NCBI RefSeq assembly: GCF_000014265.1 | Contig: NC_008312.1 | Coordinates: forward strand, 5,430,001 to 5,462,000 | DNA length: 32,000 nucleotides | Source of the DNA: Trichodesmium erythraeum IMS101 | GTDB lineage: Bacteria > Cyanobacteriota > Cyanobacteriia > Cyanobacteriales > Microcoleaceae | Reading direction: 5' to 3' | Shown: positions 25,339 to 32,000 of the stretch, one piece after another | Layout of the letters: each line of letters opens with the position of its first letter | Position numbering within the stretch: position 1 is the stretch's first letter | Notes under the pieces: model-generated | Database searches by the model: none | What the model saw: the letters and a program-made list of their open reading frames with translations, nothing else | What the model was told of the DNA's origin: nothing | Made by a program: the position numbers and the translations under genes

Positions 25339-26565
25339 AATTTAGTTTTTGATCATTGTTTTTTATTGACTTGTATAGGATGTTCTTACAAACTAGTAAT
25401 TTTGGTTCCTTGGCAATAGAAAAGAAGAAAAACAACTATACTTCACTAACCTGAGAAACTCTATACATAGCACCCCTCAGGGTAAACGCATCTTATTAAT
25501 AAAACATGGGGCAATTCTTAATAAGCTCTAGCTCATAGCGCTTGTTAACAATATATTTTTCACTTATGGTGTTTATTGAACTTTAAAAAAACTATATATA
25601 GGAGGAATTAGGCAATTAGATGGCTTTGCCCTGTAGTGATCCTAAATTATTTATCAAAAATTTCACAACAGATAAATAATCTGAAACTCTTGGTCCTGTT
25701 CCCTTTTTCCCAAAGAACTAACAGGACTAACAAATATGGGTAGGCACAACTATGTCAAGAACTCCTATATAAGTTTTAACTATAAAACCAGGTTTTAAAC
25801 TTCGTATTTTTCTGAACAGCTTACTTTATGTAGTATAAAAGCCTAGCCTATAAGTCAATCTTTTTATCAAAACTAGACTATTACCCACATTTTTCCTGCT
25901 CAAGTCAGGGAAAATTCCAAGTGAGCAAATATTAATTTCGCAATTTTTTGACACTTTTCTCAGGTAAGGAAGCACTAAATATACTGATAGCTACATTTTT
26001 GTTATAGTCCTGTTGATAACTAAAGTTAAAACAAAACTATTCTCAAGGCTTAGTAAATATCTAAAATTTACTAAATAATTTTTCTAAAAGCTTCCCCCAG
26101 TCATCGGGAAAATTTTTGGTTGTTTTTTTTGATTGCAAGTGTTGCCTCTACTCGAACTAATTTTGCACACTGCTAGTCCGATAAAAAAACGACATATAAA
26201 ACTTGTGGTTTAACTGCCATCAAGTTTTGCGTTCATGACTTTATTGTAGCAACCTGTAAAACATTAACCCCCCTTCTCATGGGCTATGCTAGGAATAAAT
26301 TTTCTCCTTGAGACTAGCGAATAATTCAATACCTTTAAATCTCCAACAAGAGCTAGTTTTAGATGTTGGTCTCCAGATATTAATTACTGTAAAATTAGGA
26401 CCATATTTTTCAATTTTTCTGATTTAGAAATGTTTCTATGGGTCACCAACTAAATCTCTAACCCGCATAATTAGGCTCCTCTTCCAGTAAGAGTTGGAGG
26501 GGGTTAAATTTTTTAACTCTTCCAGAAGCATTCAACCCAATTACCCAGTCAATCTATATTCTAGA

Positions 26566-26736
26566 TTAATCAGGAAAAGTACGCTTTAATTCATCAATCA
26601 AGTCATCAATTTCCTCTATTGCTTGATTCACATCAATTCTGAGAGTCCCTAAATCAGGATTTTCTAGTAGTTTGACTAGAGATTCCCGTTTACTTTCAAT
26701 ATTAGCCAGTCTGACTTTAACGATTTGTGAGTCCAT
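26566..26736 (-). CDS. Small hypothetical protein (56 aa), below the ORF-track length cut-off
   Basis: My hand translation of the minus strand gives MDSQIVKVRLANIESKRESLVKLLENPDLGTLRIDVNQAIEEIDDLIDELKRTFPD, with an ATG start and a TAA stop. It looks helical and acidic with non-random composition, and it is the only convincing ORF I found in a ~2.8-kb ORF-poor stretch. I do not recognise a homologue. Confidence 0.3.
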   Translation of the reverse strand: MDSQIVKVRLANIESKRESLVKLLENPDLGTLRIDVNQAIEEIDDLIDELKRTFPD

Positions 26737-28121
26737 AAGAAAATGCGTAATATAATATAAAGTATTTGTTAGTCCTCAATAAAGGTTTCAGGACATAATA
26801 TCAGTTACTATAATTTTTTAAATTTTCATACGTTGATACATAAGGTAATTATTAAAAATCATTACTTGTTTAATACTAACTATTATTTTAGTCTAACTTA
26901 TCAACATATTCAATTTCAATCGACCAATAAATCAGGTCTCAAGTATCCTAACTCTTTCAAGGAGATAAAAAAGGGAATTAATTTGAGTTTTTTCCCTCGT
27001 CTTTCAGCCAGAGGTGTTGATAAGTGATAACTAAAATATAAAGCAAGTAGTATCAGGATAGATGCCAAAAAATAAAATCTCACGCCTGGGCAATAATTTA
27101 ATATCACTTTTCTCTTCTATTCTTGGAGAATATAGCTTCTGGTTGTAAGAGCTTTTCAGGTTGCCGCTAACTAAGCAAACCTAGATGACAGTTTTTTTTC
27201 GATCATACAACCGACTTTTTGTTTTCGTCACGAACAAATATTAAGGGGAGTCCTCAACTGGAAAACTCAAAGATAAGATGGTTAAATCTATAATTGTCAA
27301 AAGTCTCGTGATTATTGAAAAAATTACTCCGCCACGACTTTTAGGTGCGGGGAAAGTTCAACCGTTGGGTTGATAAAGGGCAGGTTGAGGTTTTTTTACT
27401 TAGCAGGCCTTTCGTAATACAAAGAATGTTGCAATTCAAGTAATGAGTGGGATAATTAACCTTAGTTATAAAGTCCTGTTGGTATGCATCAATTTTTTTT
27501 GCACTACCCTTCACAATTAATTAAAATTAATATTATAACATATGTATTGAAAAAAAACTAAAAGTATCCTCAATGGGTGGGGGAGATTTTAAACCGAATT
27601 TTTCGTATTTGTTGCTCTCTTTTTTTTCTTACCTCTTCCCTAACGTCAAAAATTTATGTGGCTAATACCATTAATTAATGTTTGATTTGATAATTACTTG
27701 ATATTTAGCTGATTGAGTGTAAGACGCCTAATACCTAGGATTTTTTTTGATAATACATAGTATGCTTTTAAGATTTGGTATTATTCAGAATGATAGTTGC
27801 TATAGAGTGAATAACTATTAAAATTAGTGAGAGTTTTTTTATTATAATCCTCGTATTTCTAAAATTACTGAAAAAAAATTATGTATCTTAGGGTGCTATA
27901 ACTATAATAAATATTTTCTATGTTTGTTTAAGATTAATCATTAAGTTTAGGTGAAAAATAATATAAATAAATAATATAAATATAATTTTAAAAAAAATAG
28001 TTGACCATTATTCATTGGTTATGTAAGATATCTATTGAAACTACTAATTTGTAGTTTGCTTAATAGTTCAAACAAAAAATTTAGTATTTATTAATATTCT
28101 AACTTTACATAATTCAGTTAT

Positions 28122-28682
28122 ATGCTACGTCAAATTTCATTAGCGACAGTAGGATTGGTTTTAGGTGGAATTATTTCTGTGATTGGAACAGTAGCTTACT
28201 TTACGAATAATCCCACACTTAACCTAGCAGGATTCTTTTATGGAATTCCCCTACTTCTAGGAGGGCTTGCTCTGAAAGCTGCTGAACTTAAGCCAGTACC
28301 TTTTACTCAACTAACTACGGAAGAAATCTTAACTCTTAGGGAAAAACAGGCTACTCCCACTCAAAATCAATTACGTCAAGATGTAACTCGCTATAGGTAT
28401 GGCCAAAAAGTGCATTTAGAAGAATCTCTGACTCGCTTAGGTTTAGGTCCGACAAATGAGGAAAGACCTATACTCCAAGGATTAAAGGAAATAGCAATTA
28501 ATGGTGCTTATGGTTTAGTGTTAGAATTTGATTCTTCATTAATTGCTTTAGATACTTGGCGAGAAAAAGAAGATAAATTATCAACTTTTTTTGGACCAAA
28601 TTTACAAGCAGAAGTGAGTCAACCTAGGGAGGGAAAGATTGATTTAACTTTGATGACTATTCCAGAAGTAGAAAAAACATAA
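28122..28682 (+). CDS. Conserved cyanobacterial two-TM membrane protein, possibly DUF2854 family
   Basis: 186-aa ORF with an ATG start. The N-terminus has two hydrophobic helices (VGLVLGGIISVIGTVAYF; GFFYGIPLLLGGLALKAAELKPVP) followed by a soluble domain. The family assignment is from memory of similar cyanobacterial and plant proteins and is not verified. Confidence 0.6.
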   Translation: MLRQISLATVGLVLGGIISVIGTVAYFTNNPTLNLAGFFYGIPLLLGGLALKAAELKPVPFTQLTTEEILTLREKQATPTQNQLRQDVTRYRYGQKVHLEESLTRLGLGPTNEERPILQGLKEIAINGAYGLVLEFDSSLIALDTWREKEDKLSTFFGPNLQAEVSQPREGKIDLTLMTIPEVEKT

Positions 28683-28897
28683 TTTATTCTTAAAAAGAAA
28701 AATCATATTTTTTAGGTTTAACATAAATATCTAGCAAAGTTGTTTTTTTGTAGGCTCTAAAATAATCTGCTTCAGATAAGATTATAATTCTTATATTATG
28801 TCATGGAAGCAGAATTAGAGCTTTTCATAATTAGATGCAAAAAAAATATTTCACTGAAGCCTATTGTGGTTTTACATAAGAACTAGGATGGTGAAAC

Positions 28898-29155
28898 CTA
28901 CTTTTCCAGACGCACCACGTACCATTGTATGAATTTGCCAGGGGTAAATTCATATTCACAATAGGTATCTCTTAATTTTTCAGCTTGATCATCTAAGGAA
29001 GATAATTTTTGTAAATCTCTAGGTAAATTATCTTGTTGTGTAGCTATAATACCACGCAATTTTTCTAGTAGTTCTACTGCAGTCATAAATTGCTCAGGTT
29101 TATTTGCCTCTAAGACTACATAGTTTTCTTCTTCGTACATTAGTGAAATAGGCAT
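28898..29155 (-). CDS. Small conserved cyanobacterial protein, possibly CRR7-like (NDH-1 assembly family)
   Basis: 85-aa ORF with an ATG start. The N-terminal YEEENYVVLE and C-terminal QWYVVRLEK resemble my recollection of the CRR7 family. This is unverified. Confidence 0.55.
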   Translation of the reverse strand: MPISLMYEEENYVVLEANKPEQFMTAVELLEKLRGIIATQQDNLPRDLQKLSSLDDQAEKLRDTYCEYEFTPGKFIQWYVVRLEK

Positions 29156-29411
29156 TTTTATTGAAAAATTTATTAGCTACTAAGCAACCCTATTTAGGCA
29201 GTAATATTTTGGTGCTAGTCAGGAGTCAGGACTCAATATTCAGGATTTATAATTTCAAAGGTTTTCAGTAAAAATTAAAGATTATAGAAATTATTACTAC
29301 TAGTCTAGGATTGCTATATGATAAATTATACAAATTCTAGATGATAATTCACCTAAAACATATAGTTTTTATAGTAAAAAGAAACAGTCAATCTTGTGGA
29401 TTTAGTATAGG

Positions 29412-29442
29412 TTGACAAAATATGGGTGTATGAAATTATAAT
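29412..29442 (+). promoter_or_regulatory. Promoter-like element TTGACA-N19-TATAAT (repeat copy A)
   Basis: Both hexamers match the consensus perfectly (TTGACA at 29412..29417, TATAAT at 29437..29442). The 19-nt spacer is longer than optimal. Confidence 0.3.
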
Positions 29443-29603
29443 GAAAAACTAATTATTAATAAAAAACTAATTAATTATTGACATAGTGATACTAAATTAT
29501 TATCAATGCTAAAGTCAAGAGATTAGTAAAAATGAATTAGGGTAAATTATTGATATATGGTTTTTATAGTGAAAAAAAAGTAAACCTACAAAATTATTAG
29601 AGG

Positions 29604-29634
29604 TTGACAAAATACGGATGTATGAGAGTATAAT
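29604..29634 (+). promoter_or_regulatory. Promoter-like element TTGACA-N19-TATAAT (repeat copy B), ~195 nt upstream of sir
   Basis: TTGACA is at 29604..29609 and TATAAT at 29629..29634. Both hexamers and the spacer length are conserved between the two repeat copies. Confidence 0.3.
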
Positions 29635-29826
29635 ATAGTATTAATGAATTATTGGTATAGTAATGCTAAATTATTGTCAATGCTAAATTCAAGAGATTAG
29701 TCAAAACAAAGTAGAGCAAATTATCAATAAAACTAAGCAAAATTAAGTTCCTAATTGTGACTCGAAAGCAATGCTAAAAGAGTAACTATACTGACTGATA
29801 AAATAGTAGCAATTTGCACTTTCACC

Positions 29827-32000
29827 TATGATAATTCCATCTCAAATTTCAACACCTAAAGAGGCAAAACCTTCCAAGTTAGAAGGAATAAAAGAAAATA
29901 GTAATTTATTGCGGGAACCTCTGGCAAGTCAACTACTGGAAGATACAAATCACTTCACTGAAGAAGCTGTTCAGATACTAAAATTTCATGGTTCTTATCA
30001 ACAACATAATAGAGATAATAGAATCAAGGGGCAAGAGAAAGATTATCAAATGATGCTTCGCACGCGAAACCCCGGAGGTTTTATTCCGCCACAACTTTTT
30101 CTTACTCTAAATAAGTTGTCTAACGAGTATGGTAATGGAACACTTCGTGTGACAACTAGACAAGGTTTTCAGTTGCACGGAGTATTAAAGAAAAATTTAA
30201 AAAAAGTTATATCATCGATCATAAAAAGTATGGGTTCGACTCTAGGGGCTTGTGGAGATATAAACAGAAATGTCATGTCTCCACCAGCTCCCTATAAAAA
30301 TCGTCCTGAGTACGAATATGCTAAAGATTATGCTAATAAAATAGCAGATTTATTAACACCACAAACAGGAGCATATTACGAAATTTGGTTGGATGGAGAA
30401 AAAGTAATTAGTGCACAAGAAGCTTCTGAAGTAAAAGTGGCAAGACTTCGTAATGGTAATGGTACGATATTCCCTAATAGTGAAGAACCTATCTATGGTA
30501 CTCACTATATGCCAAGAAAATTTAAGTGTGCTGTAACGGTTCCAGGAGATAACTCTATAGATCTGTATACTCAGGATGTTAGTTTGGTTGTAATTACCAA
30601 TGAAGTAGGTGAATTAGAAGGATTTAATGTTCTAGCAGGTGGTGGTCTAGGTCGTACTCATAGAAAGGAAGAAACTTTTCCTTGTTTAGCCCAAGAAATT
30701 GGATATGTTACTAAAGAAGATATATTTGATTTTATGAAGGCTATAGTGGCTACTCAAAGAGATTATGGTGATCGCAGTAACCGTCGGCATGCTAGAATGA
30801 AATATTTACTACATGATTGGGGAGTCGAAAAATTTAAGGCGAAGTTGATAGAATATTTTGGTAAATCCATTGCTCCCTTCAAACCTCTACCAGAATGGAA
30901 GTATTTGGACTTTTTGGGATGGCATGAACAAGGGGATGGAAGGCTATTTTTAGGAATTTCTGTCGAAAATGGACGTGTTAAAGATGAAGATTCATTTCAA
31001 CTAAAAACAGCTCTGCGAAAAATAGTTGACTTGTTTAAGCTACCTATGCTTTTAACTGCTAATCACAACATTATTCTCTACGAAATTAAACCACAGCAAC
31101 AACAAGCAGTAGAACAAATTCTGAATAAACACGGTATTAGCACAGAAAAAAATATTGATCCCTTAGTACGTTATAGTATGGCCTGTCCTGCTTTACCTAC
31201 TTGTGGACTAGCAATTACAGAATCAGAAAGGACCTTACCTGGCATACTGGGACAAATTAGGTTATTGTTGGACAAGGTGGGACTAGGACAAGAGCATTTT
31301 GTAGTTAGAATGACAGGATGTCCCAATGGCTGTGCTAGACCCTATATGGCGGAATTAGGATTTGTCGGTAGTGCTGCTGATTCTTATCAGATTTGGTTAG
31401 GGGGCTCACCAAACCAAACACGACTGGCAAAACCTTATATCGATAAACTGCATATCAATAATCTGGAAGCTGAGTTGGAAAGAATTTTTATTTATTTCAA
31501 GCAACAACGGCAACCAGATGAGAGTTTCGGTGATTTTTGTAATCGTGTCGGTATTGAAGCCATCCGTAAGTTTGTAACCAACTATCAATCTAGTTTCTCG
31601 ATGAATACAGATATTAACAATTCAAGTTTGACCTCAATTAATTCTGAAAAGAATATTCCAATCGTTACAGATGTTACTGAGACAACTCCAGACACTAAAT
31701 CTCAAGAAGAATCGACAAGTAAAAATCTGGAAAATAATCAGGAAGTGATTCCAATGAATTCTCCAGTAACTCAATCAACTAATATGACTCAAACGACAAC
31801 GACTTCAACAACAATTAGTGAAGCTCAACCTCTAAGTACTCATCAAACTCCAAAAACTCCTACTTTTAGTAGTGATACTAATACAACAATATCCACACCT
31901 TCTACTTTAGGTAAACAGGAAGGTCAGCCTACTGTGGAAACTACACCTTCTACTTCAGTTCAACAGGAAGATAAGCTTACTGTGGAAACTACTTCAGGTC
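29827..32000 (+). CDS. sir: Ferredoxin-sulfite reductase (siroheme/4Fe-4S) with a Ser/Thr/Gln/Asn-rich C-terminal extension; 3' end lies beyond the window
   Basis: This gene is absent from the ORF track because there is no stop in the window. I translated the frame from the ATG at 29827 to 31998 by hand and found no stop. Sir hallmarks: [51 protein letters not shown], and the siroheme/cluster Cys motifs [12 protein letters not shown] and [11 protein letters not shown]. Confidence 0.9.

Larger units (their letters stand above)
29361..29728 (+). repeat. Tandem duplication (~195 bp and ~173 bp) in the sir upstream region, each copy carrying a TTGACA..TATAAT pair
   Basis: Copy A runs 29361..29555 and copy B runs 29556..29728. 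Shared blocks are tatRgtttttatagtRaaaaa, aggttgacaaaataYgg(g/a)tgtatga, ctaaattattRtcaatgctaaaRtcaagagattagt and caaattatYRata. Copy B lacks an AT-rich segment of ~25 nt. Confidence 0.8.

Noticed and set aside
26833-27107. Overlapping ORFs 26833..27027 (+) and 26916..27107 (-)
   Set aside because: Both are AT-rich with non-ATG or weak starts, overlap each other on opposite strands, and have no motifs. They are probably chance ORFs in non-coding DNA.
27240-27400. 31-aa ORF (MVKSIIVKSLVIIEKITPPRLLGAGKVQPLG) and a nearby G-rich/T-run segment as a small gene plus terminator
   Set aside because: There is no ribosome-binding site at a suitable distance. I could not find a complementary stem for the supposed terminator. 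It is too short to support.
31406-31588. Minus-strand 60-aa ORF
   Set aside because: It is antisense to the sir coding frame, which is continuous and motif-rich through this region.
1-32000. DGR template repeat, reverse transcriptase or Avd gene within this window
   Set aside because: I looked for an A-rich cognate of either putative VR and for an RT-like ORF. No ORF in the track resembles an RT, and I saw no second copy of the RGGSW..CRSA..GFR-encoding segment outside the two genes. If a DGR exists, it lies elsewhere.

Overview
AT-rich cyanobacterial chromosomal window. The cyanobacterial call rests on many HIP1 GCGATCGC palindromes, a ferredoxin-sulfite reductase and small cyanobacteria/plastid-type genes. 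The gene content and the very high non-coding and repeat load resemble Trichodesmium, but that is inference only. Housekeeping content: class I/II aminotransferase, alpha/beta hydrolase, recQ, lspA, bioY-bioB, a phosphate-uptake locus (pstS paralogue / decayed IS701-family element / pstS-pstC-pstA-pstB) with Pho-box-like repeats, two small conserved cyanobacterial genes, and a 3'-open sir gene that the ORF track omits because it has no stop in the window. Most notable are two large paralogous genes (1..2135, 5'-truncated by the window, and 7935..10724). Each encodes a Gln-rich coiled coil, an unrecognised central domain and a C-terminal FGE-sulfatase/C-type-lectin-fold domain. The last ~40 codons of each look like diversity-generating retroelement (DGR) variable regions: adenine-depleted, NNY codons between invariant scaffold residues. 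No reverse transcriptase or template repeat lies in the window. The second paralogue is bracketed by two long non-coding tandem arrays: a 16-copy 114/137-bp array at 5761..7676 and a modular HIP1-delimited array at 10925..12190 carrying four near-consensus promoter-like units. Both arrays share a TTTCTGAAGC core. I found no rRNA, tRNA or CRISPR array.
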